From: an uncultured Candidatus Methylacidiphilales bacterium
GTDB taxonomy: Bacteria; Verrucomicrobiota; Verrucomicrobiia; Methylacidiphilales; UBA1321
DNA: 41,819 nucleotides
Assembly: GCA_964657775.1 (NCBI GenBank)
Contig: CAZZWT010000001.1
Coordinates: 7,453-49,271 of the forward strand
Reading direction: 5' to 3'
Shown here: positions 19,184-28,544 of the stretch, piece after piece
Layout: each line of letters begins with the position of its first letter
Numbering within the stretch: position 1 is the first letter of the stretch
Notes under the pieces: generated by a model
The model's input: only the letters and a program-made list of their open reading frames with translations
The model's database searches: none
What the model was told of the DNA's origin: nothing
Position numbers and translations under genes: made by a program

Positions 19184-19199
19184 CGGTATGGCTCTTGCG
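19184..19199 (+). promoter_or_regulatory. Sigma54 -24/-12-like promoter of the BON gene
   Basis: CGGTATG-GCTC-TTGCG; AT-rich tract upstream and inverted repeat ACTTGTA-N16-TACAAGT at 19034-19063. Confidence 0.55.
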
Positions 19200-19230
19200 T
19201 ACTGAGTCAGCAAAACTGAGAGAAATCCCT

Positions 19231-20094
19231 ATGCCGAAAACTTCTCGCCTCTTTCATCCTTCGCTGGATAGCGCTACTTCCGTCGGCGAAACACAGCCTA
19301 TTCGCCCCTCGCTTTTCGACGCGAAGGACGAATTCATCGAGCGGATTGCGCCGGTCGGAGTGGCCGCGATTTACTTCGGTGGCTTCTCGCTTTCCCCGCA
19401 GGACGCGCCGCTCTCCCGCCAGGCGCTCTTCAAGCTTTCGTTTCTCAATCGCCATTTTCTCCAGCCCGCCGGGTTGAAGATCACGGTCAATCGCCAGACG
19501 GCCGTGCTCTCCGGCACGGTGGCCGCGCGGGCCTTGGTCACCATGGGGGAAATCCTGGCCAAGCAAATCGAGGGCATTAACGCCACGACCGACGAGACGC
19601 GCGCCCTGCCCGAGGATGCCACGCTCCCGGTGGGGCAGCGCGAGAAGGAAGCGGTGCGCGAGGCCGCGCAGTTTCTTTTTGCCACGGATCAGACGCTGCG
19701 CTCTGGCGTGCAGGTCTCGCTCAGCGACGGTTACCTCACGCTGCAGGGCGAGGTGAGCTCCGTTGCGCAAAAGAATTGGGCCGAGCAACTCGCGGAAGCC
19801 GCGGGTGGCGACGTCCAATCGCGGTTGAAGGTGACCGAGGCCACGACGTTCGCCCCGGCTGCCACGACCGAGCCGCCGCAGATTGACGACGAATCGCAGG
19901 AAGCGCTCGTGCTCTTCCGCCTCCGCCTCGTGCGCGAGACGGAGCACCTGCCCGTGCGCGTCAAGGCCAACCGCGGCATCGTCACGATCTCCGGGAAGGT
20001 CCGCACGGAAGTCCTCCGCCAGCGCGTGGAGAACATCGCGCGCTCGACCCTTGGGCTGCGCGAATTGCGCAGCTCCATTTCGATTTCGAGCTGA
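19231..20094 (+). CDS. Multi-BON domain protein (OsmY-like)
   Basis: Three repeats: AVLSGTV, LTLQGEV, VTISGKV. Confidence 0.82.
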   Translation: MPKTSRLFHPSLDSATSVGETQPIRPSLFDAKDEFIERIAPVGVAAIYFGGFSLSPQDAPLSRQALFKLSFLNRHFLQPAGLKITVNRQTAVLSGTVAARALVTMGEILAKQIEGINATTDETRALPEDATLPVGQREKEAVREAAQFLFATDQTLRSGVQVSLSDGYLTLQGEVSSVAQKNWAEQLAEAAGGDVQSRLKVTEATTFAPAATTEPPQIDDESQEALVLFRLRLVRETEHLPVRVKANRGIVTISGKVRTEVLRQRVENIARSTLGLRELRSSISISS

Positions 20095-20123
20095 GTTCCT
20101 TCGCGACCCGGCCTGACTTTCGG

Positions 20124-20158
20124 GTCTTATAAGACGTATCGGTCCTATACGACCTATT
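20124..20158. repeat. 9-bp periodic repeat (GTCCTATAN type)
   Basis: gtcttataa gacgtatcg gtcctatac gacctatt between convergent genes; shares GGTCCTATACGACC with the copy near 25.4 kb. Confidence 0.7.
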
Positions 20159-21110
20159 CCGCCGCCAGAACTTTTCGCGCGACCGCCTCGACCTCCTCCA
20201 CCGAAATATTCTTTATCGTCGGCGTCCCTCGGAGCACGCGAACGCCATCCCGCGGAGGCGCCCACACCACCGGATCAGTCGGGCTAAAGAGCGCGACAAT
20301 CGGCAGATCGCGCTTCGCCGCGGCGGCGAGGTGCGTCACGCCCGTGTCATGGCCCAGGAAAAGCACGGTCTCGCGCAGGATGGCAGCCAGGATCGGCAAC
20401 GGCAGCCAGCGCGCGCGCAGATGCGGGAGATTTTTCCACGCCTCAAGCACGGTTTGCGTGGGCGCCTCGTCGGCCTCGCCTTCGATCACCAGCAGGGCGA
20501 TGTCGGGGAAAGCCGCGCACAACCGCCGGCCCAATTCGGCCCACGACTCGGCCGGCCAGCGCTTGGTCTCGCCACCGGCACCAGGGTGAATCGCCACCAA
20601 GCGCGTGCCCGGTTTCAGGCCTCGAAGAAACGCGCGCGCGGCATCGCGATCCCCGGGCGAGGAGAAGATTTCGCTCGCCGAATCGGGCCCGAGTGCGAGG
20701 CCAAGCGGCTCGAGAATTCCCGCGAAGTGCCGCGCGGCGGGTCGCGCGAAATCGTCCGGCACGCGCGGCGAGTGGGTGATGATCTGGCCCGGCTTGCAGC
20801 GCTGCAGGTTGAGGAGGAAGAACTCGTCCGGGTCATAAAAATAGGAGAGCACCAAATCGAAGCTGCCGACGTAATCCATCCACGCCGGGTCCAGCACCGC
20901 GCGCGGCATGAAGAAGGCGCTGAGCGGGCCGTGATTCACCGAGCGGATGCCGTTGAGGTAATGCCGATGGAGCCCGACCTCCGCGATCTGCGGATGGCCC
21001 AGCACCTCGATGTGCGCCTCGGGCCAGCGTTGGCGCAGAACGCGCAGAGTGGGCAGGGTGATGATGAAATCGCCCAAGGCGCCGCCGCGGATGAATAGAA
21101 TCTTCTTCAA
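20154..21110 (-). CDS. Glycosyltransferase family 9 (heptosyltransferase-like)
   Basis: IRGGALGDFI, AIHPGAGGETKRWP, GHDTGVTHLAAA, LFSPTDP. Confidence 0.92.
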   Translation of the reverse strand: MKKILFIRGGALGDFIITLPTLRVLRQRWPEAHIEVLGHPQIAEVGLHRHYLNGIRSVNHGPLSAFFMPRAVLDPAWMDYVGSFDLVLSYFYDPDEFFLLNLQRCKPGQIITHSPRVPDDFARPAARHFAGILEPLGLALGPDSASEIFSSPGDRDAARAFLRGLKPGTRLVAIHPGAGGETKRWPAESWAELGRRLCAAFPDIALLVIEGEADEAPTQTVLEAWKNLPHLRARWLPLPILAAILRETVLFLGHDTGVTHLAAAAKRDLPIVALFSPTDPVVWAPPRDGVRVLRGTPTIKNISVEEVEAVARKVLAAE

Positions 21111-21201
21111 GGCAGTCTCAGGTTAACGTAATGCCTCCAAATACCCCTGCCTCCTTAACCACCAACTGGACAAGCGCAGGTGTGACACATACACTCCTGC
21201 C

Positions 21202-21408
21202 ATGCGGGTTTACGAAATCGTCATGCGCAGCGGCGCGAAAGCGGAGGTTGCGGCGGAGGTGGTTCATGATGATCCAGCGATGGACGACAAGATCTATTTT
21301 TACCGCGATAAAGGCCTTAAGCAACTCGTCGCCTATTTTATTCGCGACCAGGTCTCCGGCATCATCCTCGGGCCGGATAACGCGGCGGGCGCGGTCAGAT
21401 ATAAATAG
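21202..21408 (+). CDS. Small hypothetical protein
   Basis: 68 aa; preceded by TGGACA-N17-TACACT-N6-ATG. Confidence 0.65.
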   Translation: MRVYEIVMRSGAKAEVAAEVVHDDPAMDDKIYFYRDKGLKQLVAYFIRDQVSGIILGPDNAAGAVRYK

Positions 21409-21574
21409 GACGCCTCGCAAAGCCTAGACCTTCTTCGTGACGGGTCAGCAGGTTTTGTCCGAATCCATCAACCTGCACACGAAAGCCTCCGTCTCTTCCA
21501 TACTTGCAATTACCGCCTGATTGGCGATGCTTTACGAGGTAATTCGGCCTGACGTTTCGCAGCTCTCTTCACCT

Positions 21575-22183
21575 ATGATCCTCATCACCGTCCTTCTGGT
21601 TCTCGCCATCATCTTTGGCATTGTCCTCATGATCGGCGGCTTCGGCGTTGGGATTTATAACCGGCTCGTCGCGCTGCGGAACGATTTCAAAAATCAGTTC
21701 GCGCAGATCGATGTGCAGCTCAAGCGCCGGCACGATCTCATCCCCAATCTCGTCGAAACGGCGAAGGGCTACATGGCGCATGAACGCGGCACGCTCGATG
21801 AAGTCATTGCGGCCCGCAATGGCGCCGTCGCCGCGCGGCAACAGACCACGGCCGATTCCTCGGATTCGGCCGCCGTACAAAAAGTCGCCGCGGCGGAAGG
21901 CGTACTCACCCAATCGCTGGGCCGGCTCTTCGCCGTGGCCGAGGCGTATCCCGACCTGAAAGCGAACCAGACGATGCTGCAGTTGCAAAGCCAGCTCACC
22001 GAAACCGAAAACGCCATCGCCCTCGCGCGCCAGTCCTACAACGAGTCGGTGCGGAACTACAACACGCAGCGCGAGATTTTTCCCAACTCGCTCCTTGCCG
22101 GCATCTTCAATTTCGCGCCTGCCGCCCTCTACGAGATCAGCGATCCGGGCGATCGCGAAGTGCCCAAGGTCTCCTTCACCTAA
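21575..22183 (+). CDS. lemA: LemA family protein
   Basis: IDVQLKRRHDLIPNLVETAKGY, VAEAYPDLKAN, YNTQREIFP. Confidence 0.94.
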   Translation: MILITVLLVLAIIFGIVLMIGGFGVGIYNRLVALRNDFKNQFAQIDVQLKRRHDLIPNLVETAKGYMAHERGTLDEVIAARNGAVAARQQTTADSSDSAAVQKVAAAEGVLTQSLGRLFAVAEAYPDLKANQTMLQLQSQLTETENAIALARQSYNESVRNYNTQREIFPNSLLAGIFNFAPAALYEISDPGDREVPKVSFT

Positions 22184-22201
22184 GTTTAATCGACGCGCCT
22201 C

Positions 22202-22750
22202 ATGGGAAATTCGCTGTTCCGCAAAGAATCTCCGGAGGACAAGAAGCCGCCGACGCCCTACGACCTCATCGAGAAGGAGGTTCAGCACCTGAAGAAGGGC
22301 AGCTCGGTCCGGCACGGCGGCGCGAGCAAAAACCGGAAGATGCCGTGGCTTGTCATCCTCGGTTTCATTGGCTTGGCATGGCTCTACCTCATGGATCCGT
22401 TTTATCACGCCTGGTACAAGGGCGAGGCCATTCGCGCCTACCTCTACCTGCACCAATACGGCAGCGAGGCGGACGTGGCCGCGCTGACCGGTGCGCACAT
22501 TTTGTCGCTGGAGGAAATTGACGTCCTCAACCACAAAAACGGCGCGTTCCGGGACTACTTCAAGTCGGCCGATGAGGCACGGAAGCGGGTTGATGCCATC
22601 GTGCAATACCAGACCAACGTGCAGCTTCTCCACGAGGACAAATACCAGTCGCTCGACCCCGTCGGCCGCATGCGGTCCGTCCTCTTCATCCGATGGGGCA
22701 TCTTCCTACCCACCGATTGGAACTTTTTGGATCCGACCGTATCTTACTAG
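22202..22750 (+). CDS. Hypothetical single-pass membrane protein
   Basis: TM segment PWLVILGFIGLAWLYL; GC3-rich codons; follows lemA by 18 nt. Confidence 0.75.
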   Translation: MGNSLFRKESPEDKKPPTPYDLIEKEVQHLKKGSSVRHGGASKNRKMPWLVILGFIGLAWLYLMDPFYHAWYKGEAIRAYLYLHQYGSEADVAALTGAHILSLEEIDVLNHKNGAFRDYFKSADEARKRVDAIVQYQTNVQLLHEDKYQSLDPVGRMRSVLFIRWGIFLPTDWNFLDPTVSY

Positions 22751-22758
22751 CCCGCGAG

Positions 22759-22774
22759 ATTACAGGTTTGTAAT
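22759..22774. promoter_or_regulatory. Palindromic regulator site upstream of the pilin
   Basis: ATTACA-N4-TGTAAT. Confidence 0.45.
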
Positions 22775-22824
22775 ATTCTCTTTGACACTGCGGCGGGTCT
22801 CTTTCATCGTAGGTCCCGTGCAGT

Positions 22825-22840
22825 TGGTACGCCCTGTGCA
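22825..22840 (+). promoter_or_regulatory. Sigma54 -24/-12-like promoter of the Flp pilin
   Basis: TGGTACG-CCCT-GTGCA versus consensus TGGCACG-N4-TTGCW. Confidence 0.65.
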
Positions 22841-22871
22841 CGGAATGTGGATTAGATTGGAAAGAAGCACC

Positions 22872-23051
22872 ATGACTATTTTATTCCGCCGTTCGCCCAG
22901 CAAAAAGGGCCAGACCTTGGTCGAGTACGCCCTGATCCTGGCGTTTATTTCCGTCGTCGCCATTGGGGTCCTCATCGCTCTCGGGGGGAGTGTCCGCAAC
23001 ATTTACACAAAGATCGGGTCCGTCATGACGTCGGCCCAATCAAGCCATTAG
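22872..23051 (+). CDS. flp: Flp/Tad-family pilin
   Basis: Short basic leader, KKG|QTLVEYALIL cleavage and Flp motif, hydrophobic helix; 59 aa. Confidence 0.92.
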   Translation: MTILFRRSPSKKGQTLVEYALILAFISVVAIGVLIALGGSVRNIYTKIGSVMTSAQSSH

Positions 23052-23119
23052 GAAAATCATAGCAGCGAGCGCAAGGCCGTGGGCGCCGACAGAGAAGATC
23101 CACTGCCTAACGGCCACGG

Positions 23120-24310
23120 CTACAAAAGCGACAAAAACTCGCCAATCACGGCGCAGACTTGCTCAATTTGCTCGGCAGGAATTTCCGGGTAGATGGGCAA
23201 GCTCAGCACTTCGCCCGCGAGCCGGTGCGCCCAAGGGAAATCCTCCGGCTGATGCTGGAGTGCGCCGAAGCAGACCTGCTCGTGCAATGGCAGCGGGTAG
23301 TAAATTTCCGAACCAACCCCGCGTGAAGCCAAGTGCGCGCGCAGGGCATCGCGCCGGCTGGTGCCGATGACGCGCAGCGTGTATTGATTCCAGATATGGC
23401 CGTTGTGCGGATAGGCCACCGGCAGCACGAGCCGGGCGTCGCCGCTGGAAAGACCCGCGCCGAAATCGAGGCACCCGCAATCCTCCGGCCGGGCGACGGC
23501 CACGCCGGGCAGTTTCGCCAACCGCTCCGTGTAGAGCGCTGCGTTGCGCCGCCGTTTTTCCGTGTAGCCGTTGAAATGCGGCAGCTTGACGGATAGCATC
23601 GCCGCCTGCAACGCATCGAGCCGAAAATTGCCGCCGACCACCTGATGGAAATACTTCGGGTCCATGCCATGCATGCGCATGATCTTCGCCCGCTCATAGA
23701 GCGCCGTGTCGTTCGTGATCACCGCGCCCGCATCGCCCAGCGCGCCCAGGTTTTTCGTCGGGAAAAAGCTGAACGTGCCGAGGTCGCCGAACGTCCCGAC
23801 CTGCCGGTCGCGATAAGTCGCGCCCATGGCCTGCGCGGCATCCTCGATCACGCGCAAGTTGTGCTGCTGCGCGAGAAGTTGCACGCCTTCCATGTCGGCC
23901 GCCTGGCCGAAGAGATGGACCGGGATGATCGCCTTCGTGTCCGAGGTTATTTTCCGCGCCGCATCGCGCACATCGAGGTTGAAACAAACCGGGCACGAAT
24001 CGACGAAGACTGGCTTCGCGCCCGTGCGCGCCACGCAGCCTGCGGTGGCGAAAAAAGTGAAGCTCGGGCAGATCACCTCGTCGCCCGGGCCGATATCGAG
24101 CGCCATCAGTGCGACCGTGATCGCATCCGTGCCCGAGCTGACGCCGAGCGCGTGCTTCGCGCCTGTGAATTCCGCCAGCGCGCGCTCGAACTTCTCCACC
24201 TCGGGCCCGAGGATGAAATGGCCCGAGCGCAACACGCGCATGAAGGCCTCCTGCAGTTCCGGCTCCAGCGCGGCGTTCTGCGGTTTCAGTTCGAGGAGAT
24301 TGACGTTCAT
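23120..24310 (-). CDS. DegT/DnrJ/EryC1/StrS sugar aminotransferase
   Basis: SSGTDA, IPVHLFGQ, IEDAAQA, SFFPTKNLGALGDAG, GGNFRLDALQAA. Confidence 0.95.
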   Translation of the reverse strand: MNVNLLELKPQNAALEPELQEAFMRVLRSGHFILGPEVEKFERALAEFTGAKHALGVSSGTDAITVALMALDIGPGDEVICPSFTFFATAGCVARTGAKPVFVDSCPVCFNLDVRDAARKITSDTKAIIPVHLFGQAADMEGVQLLAQQHNLRVIEDAAQAMGATYRDRQVGTFGDLGTFSFFPTKNLGALGDAGAVITNDTALYERAKIMRMHGMDPKYFHQVVGGNFRLDALQAAMLSVKLPHFNGYTEKRRRNAALYTERLAKLPGVAVARPEDCGCLDFGAGLSSGDARLVLPVAYPHNGHIWNQYTLRVIGTSRRDALRAHLASRGVGSEIYYPLPLHEQVCFGALQHQPEDFPWAHRLAGEVLSLPIYPEIPAEQIEQVCAVIGEFLSLL

Positions 24311-24346
24311 CGCGGTATCATGCGCGATTGGCCATGGGTTCGCGAC

Positions 24347-24500
24347 GAAAAAGGTAGCCGGCGCAGGCCCTTGCGCCGGAGCGTCCCGTCAGCGGGACGC
24401 CTGGGTATATGAATCAAAAAGCACGCATTATTTTTGAAGCGAGAACGCAGGCCGCTGTGTCCCGCCGCGAGCGGGCCACAGCGGCTCCGGCTACCTTTTC
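24347..24500. repeat. Second GTAG-type REP/REPIN element
   Basis: AGGTAGCCGGCGCAGGCCCTTGCGCCGGA at the left end, CCGGCTACCTTTTC at the right end, internal hairpins at 24381-24400 and 24451-24485. Confidence 0.8.
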
Positions 24501-24506
24501 ATCCCA

Positions 24507-25331
24507 TCAATCCCCCTTCGACGCCCGCACCAACGTCGGCAAAACCTCAAACGTCTCGCTGCCCACCCAAGCCAGGCCGACCACGAGCACGATGTAAATA
24601 ATCGCCACGCCGAAGCGTTGTGTCGGCGTGAGCGGCAAGTCCGTCCGCGGCGCGCGCGCGCGAACCAGCAGCACCAGCCGCGGCAACGCGAAACAAAAGA
24701 CGCAGAGCAACACGATGTTGAAGCCGCTCACCAGCCGCAGCACGCAGGCAATAATCGCGGCCAACCATCCGGGCGGCGCGATGGCCGGCGCGATCCATCC
24801 GCCCTCGAGATCGAGGATCGGGATAAGCGTGAAAAGATTGTAGAAGTACCCGACGCAGGCCATGCCCAGGAACAGCGGATTGCCCAGGGCCATCGACGTA
24901 TCCTGCGCCTTGGTGATTTCGTAGACGCCGTGCAGCCCGAGCGAAACGATGGTGCCCGTGATCGGCCCGGCGAGACCGATCAAGGCATCGCGCCACACGT
25001 TTCTCGGCAGCGGTTCCAGGATCGCGGTCGCATGCGCGCCGAAACCGAAAAAGCGGAACTTCAACGGCAGGCGCATCCACCACGCCAGGCCCAGCGTGCC
25101 CGCCTCATGAATCACCACCTGCAGCAAAATGCCGATGACCGACGCCCAGCCGTACGCATCGAGATCGTCCGGGCCCAGCACCTTCAACCCATCAGCCAGA
25201 ATCGGATTATGAAAAATCGCGAGAAAGATCAGAATCGCGAGCAACAGCGCCGTGCCCATGGCCAGTTGCTCCGCCCACAGGCGATTGGGGGAGGGGAACG
25301 TCTCGACAGGCTGGGCAGTTTTCACGGGCAT
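24507..25331 (-). CDS. Site-2 protease (M50)-like membrane protein with degenerate motifs
   Basis: IHEAGT in place of HExxH, IGLAGP, NLFTLIPILDLEGG in place of NLxPxxPLDGG. Confidence 0.82.
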   Translation of the reverse strand: MPVKTAQPVETFPSPNRLWAEQLAMGTALLLAILIFLAIFHNPILADGLKVLGPDDLDAYGWASVIGILLQVVIHEAGTLGLAWWMRLPLKFRFFGFGAHATAILEPLPRNVWRDALIGLAGPITGTIVSLGLHGVYEITKAQDTSMALGNPLFLGMACVGYFYNLFTLIPILDLEGGWIAPAIAPPGWLAAIIACVLRLVSGFNIVLLCVFCFALPRLVLLVRARAPRTDLPLTPTQRFGVAIIYIVLVVGLAWVGSETFEVLPTLVRASKGD

Positions 25332-25395
25332 AGGTGCCGCTACCCTAGCGCGGCGCGCTGGCGGAGTCCAAATCAGAATGAAGTGGGGCCGATAC

Positions 25396-25439
25396 GCTTA
25401 TGGGACTTATAAGTCCTATAGGTCCTATACGACCAATTT
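25396..25439. repeat. 9-bp periodic repeat (GTCCTATAN type)
   Basis: cgcttatgg gacttataa gtcctatag gtcctatac gaccaatt in a divergent intergenic region. Confidence 0.7.
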
Positions 25440-25513
25440 CTCTTTTAACCGCAGCACCCTTTTTCACCTTCCGCACTTGTGCGCACCTCAGGACGCGACA
25501 TAGTAACCTGACG

Positions 25514-28318
25514 ATGACTCCCGAAGATCGTGACCTTCTCCATTCGCTGCGCCGGCAGCAGGACGAGCTGCAACAGACCCTCGCCCACATTCGCGCGCAA
25601 TTGGGCGCGCTGGAGGAACGCGCTTTGGGTCACGCACCGGCAGGTCACACGAACGGCTTCGCGCCTCATCTGCCACCGCTGCCGTTGGACGCGCTCCTGC
25701 CGCCTATCCCGCCGCTGGCGGATCCGGCCACGATCATTCACGATGCGCCACTTTCTTCCACAGCGGATCTTCTTCCGCCTGTACCGCCCGCAACACCCGC
25801 GCCGCGGCATTCGGCTGAGGTCCACTTTGGCCGCTGGATGCTGCGCGTCGGCGCGCTTTTCGGCATCATCGGGCTCGCCCTCGTTTTCGCGTGGGGCCCG
25901 GTCCAGAACGTCGTCGGCCACATGGGCCTGCTCGCGGTCAGCGCGGGATTCAGTGTTGCTCTTATTATAGTCGGCGGGCGCATCGAGAGCAAAAGCGCCG
26001 CGTCGTTTCTCCTCGGCCGCACGCTCACCGCCATGGCGCTGGCCTGGCTTTATCTCACCACCTATGCCGCGTCGTCGTATGAGCCGTTGCGGGTCATTAC
26101 CAGCCCACTCATCGGCGGATTGCTCCTCGTCGGCTGGTCGCTCTACACGCTGCTGCTGGCCGAGCGGAAGAAATCGCAGACCATCGGCGCCTTTGCCATC
26201 ACACTCGCTTATATCAGTACGGCGATCAACCCGGTCGGCTTTTTCACGATGGGCGCAGACCTCCTGCTGGCCGCGACCGGCGCCGTCTTCCTGCTGCGCA
26301 ATGGCTGGACCACGCTGACGACGTTCAGCCTCATCGGCACCTATGCCGCGTTGCTGCACCGGCTCATCGTCGATGAAAACGGCGAGTTCGTTTTCGACAC
26401 GCGCGGCACCTCCAACTTCTGGGCGCACGCGGTCTATCTTTTCGGCGCGTGGCTACTCTTCACCGCCGCCGGCCTGCTGACCAACTCGCCGACGTTTCGC
26501 GGCGCCAAGCGGCTCTTTTATATCAGCCTCAATAACGCGGCGGTCGCTGTCCTCATGGCCTTCTCGGCTTGGGTGGCCGGTTATGGCGCCAGCGCGGTCG
26601 GCTGGTGCTTCATCGATACCGGGCTCGTCTTTCTTTTCACTTCGCGCATTGCGGAAGTCGCGGAGCTCGACCCCGTCGATGTCATGGGCGCCTACGCCGC
26701 CCAGGGCCTCGCGCTGATCACCGGCGGCATCATGATCGTCTTCGCCGGCCTCACCCGCGGTGTCGCGTTGCTGGTCGAAACCTTCCTGCTCGGTATCGGC
26801 GCGGCCTTCGCGGGCGACCGGATTCTCCTCATCAGCACCCACATCGCCGCCTTCTTCGCCACCATGTTCCTCGTCTGGGAAATGGCGATCAACGGACATC
26901 ACCCGTGGCTGATCGGCTTCGGCGGCGCGCTGGTCATGTTCATCAACGCCTGGGCCTGCCGGGGCGAAGTGCGCAACAGTCCGGTCGCGCGGAGCACCAT
27001 CGTCGTTTCCACCTCATGCTACTGCATCCTCGGCCTCGCGCTCATCTTCACCGCGCTGAGCACCGAGCTGGGCGATAGCGCACTGCCTCCCGCGCTGGCG
27101 TTGACCGCGCTGGTGCTCACCTGGTCCATCTACTACTTCGCGATCTACGAACTGCCGCCGCTCGCGCAATCGCTCCTCATCGCCGCGCAAGTCCTCATCC
27201 TATTCCCCACCGAGACCGGCGAGGAACTGCCCGCGCATACCACCGGCTGGGTCACCGCCATCACGCTCCTTCTTATTACCTGGTGGTCGCGCCAACGCGT
27301 CACCCGCACCGGGCCGTGGACCCTCGCGCTCACGTTCGTCTACGCACTCGCACTGGCCGGCATCGCCCACGCCACCGTGCGCCCCTACGTCGATGCGCCC
27401 GGCTGGATCGTCACCGCCAGCCTGCTCTCCTTCGCATTCCTTGTGTATGGCGCGGCCACGCGCGTTTGGGCGCTCGCCGCCGTGGGGCAAATCTTCCTCG
27501 CGCTCGCGGTTTATCACTTCTTCTTTCCGCCCCACCGCGATGTTTTCCCCTGGTCCTGGTGGGTCGCCGCGGCGCCGGTTGTCGTCGTGCTTTCCACCGC
27601 ACGCGCGGCTTTCCGCTATCTGCGGCACTATCGGGAAACGCCTGACCATTGGGCGAAATTCATCCGCGTGCTGGCGCATATCTACCAATTCGTCGCGCTC
27701 ATCGCCGTCATCCACTGGGTCTTCGGCGTAATCGAAGCGCCCTCCCAAATCGCCATGTTCCTCCTCCTCGGCACGGCGGTTCTTTCCATCAACGTACGCA
27801 AGCCGAGCGTCTATGGGATCCGCTGCAGCTTCGTTCTCAGCGCGATCGGCATGGTGCTTTTTTTCGAGAGCCTTTCCACCGCCACCCGCGAGTTGGCCAG
27901 CGCCATGAACGCCATCGCCATCCTGCTCTTCCTCGCGCAACCCGGTCTCCTCCGCCAGCAAGGACGACGTCTGGTCACCAAGGCTGAGAGCTGGGCGCTC
28001 ATCCTGGCTGCCTCGGCCACAGCGTGGATTTTCGTCTCCGTCTGGGCGTGGACCCGCTTCAGCCCCGGTTACCTGACCATGAGTTGGGCGCTCTTCGCCC
28101 TCTTCCTTTACTTGTTCGGCTCACTCGTGCGCGAGCGGCGCCTGCGCTGGTGCGGCCAGGGCATTGTCGTCGCCGCCATTTGTCGCGTCGCGTTCCACGA
28201 TATCTGGGGCTTGTCTGGCGGCTACAAGGCGTTGACCCTCCTCCTCCTCGCTCTCATTACGCTCGTCCTCGGCTTCCTCAGCCTGCGCAAATCGGCCCCG
28301 CGCACTCTTGCTGAATAA
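25514..28318 (+). CDS. Large polytopic membrane protein (DUF2339-like)
   Basis: N-terminal coiled coil and Pro-rich linker, EVHFGRWMLRVG, many TM segments, C-terminal RVAFHDIWGL. Confidence 0.8.
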   Translation: MTPEDRDLLHSLRRQQDELQQTLAHIRAQLGALEERALGHAPAGHTNGFAPHLPPLPLDALLPPIPPLADPATIIHDAPLSSTADLLPPVPPATPAPRHSAEVHFGRWMLRVGALFGIIGLALVFAWGPVQNVVGHMGLLAVSAGFSVALIIVGGRIESKSAASFLLGRTLTAMALAWLYLTTYAASSYEPLRVITSPLIGGLLLVGWSLYTLLLAERKKSQTIGAFAITLAYISTAINPVGFFTMGADLLLAATGAVFLLRNGWTTLTTFSLIGTYAALLHRLIVDENGEFVFDTRGTSNFWAHAVYLFGAWLLFTAAGLLTNSPTFRGAKRLFYISLNNAAVAVLMAFSAWVAGYGASAVGWCFIDTGLVFLFTSRIAEVAELDPVDVMGAYAAQGLALITGGIMIVFAGLTRGVALLVETFLLGIGAAFAGDRILLISTHIAAFFATMFLVWEMAINGHHPWLIGFGGALVMFINAWACRGEVRNSPVARSTIVVSTSCYCILGLALIFTALSTELGDSALPPALALTALVLTWSIYYFAIYELPPLAQSLLIAAQVLILFPTETGEELPAHTTGWVTAITLLLITWWSRQRVTRTGPWTLALTFVYALALAGIAHATVRPYVDAPGWIVTASLLSFAFLVYGAATRVWALAAVGQIFLALAVYHFFFPPHRDVFPWSWWVAAAPVVVVLSTARAAFRYLRHYRETPDHWAKFIRVLAHIYQFVALIAVIHWVFGVIEAPSQIAMFLLLGTAVLSINVRKPSVYGIRCSFVLSAIGMVLFFESLSTATRELASAMNAIAILLFLAQPGLLRQQGRRLVTKAESWALILAASATAWIFVSVWAWTRFSPGYLTMSWALFALFLYLFGSLVRERRLRWCGQGIVVAAICRVAFHDIWGLSGGYKALTLLLLALITLVLGFLSLRKSAPRTLAE

Positions 28319-28544
28319 CCGCCGATACTTTTGTGAACAACTGCCCGTATCTCTCCAACAACTCCCACAACTTGGACTTACCGACGAACCCCGTCCCTTA
28401 CTCACAACCTGTTCACCGCCCGACTTTCCCGCATTCCATTACAATCACGCCACTTTCAGCGAACCTCGTCTTAACTCACACCTATAAGACTGAGAATAAA
28501 CCATTGAAAATTTCCCTCAAATCCTCTTAATACAGTCTGCCCTT
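28319..28544. other. dnaN upstream region with degenerate DnaA-box-like 9-mers (possible oriC part)
   Basis: TGTGAACAA 28332-28340, TTACTCACA 28398-28406, TAACTCACA 28472-28480; lower GC; none is a perfect TTATCCACA. Confidence 0.45.

Noticed and set aside
22491-22871. Long N-terminal extension on the pilin (186-aa ORF)
   Set aside because: Overlaps the upstream gene and promoter; the Flp leader fits ATG 22872
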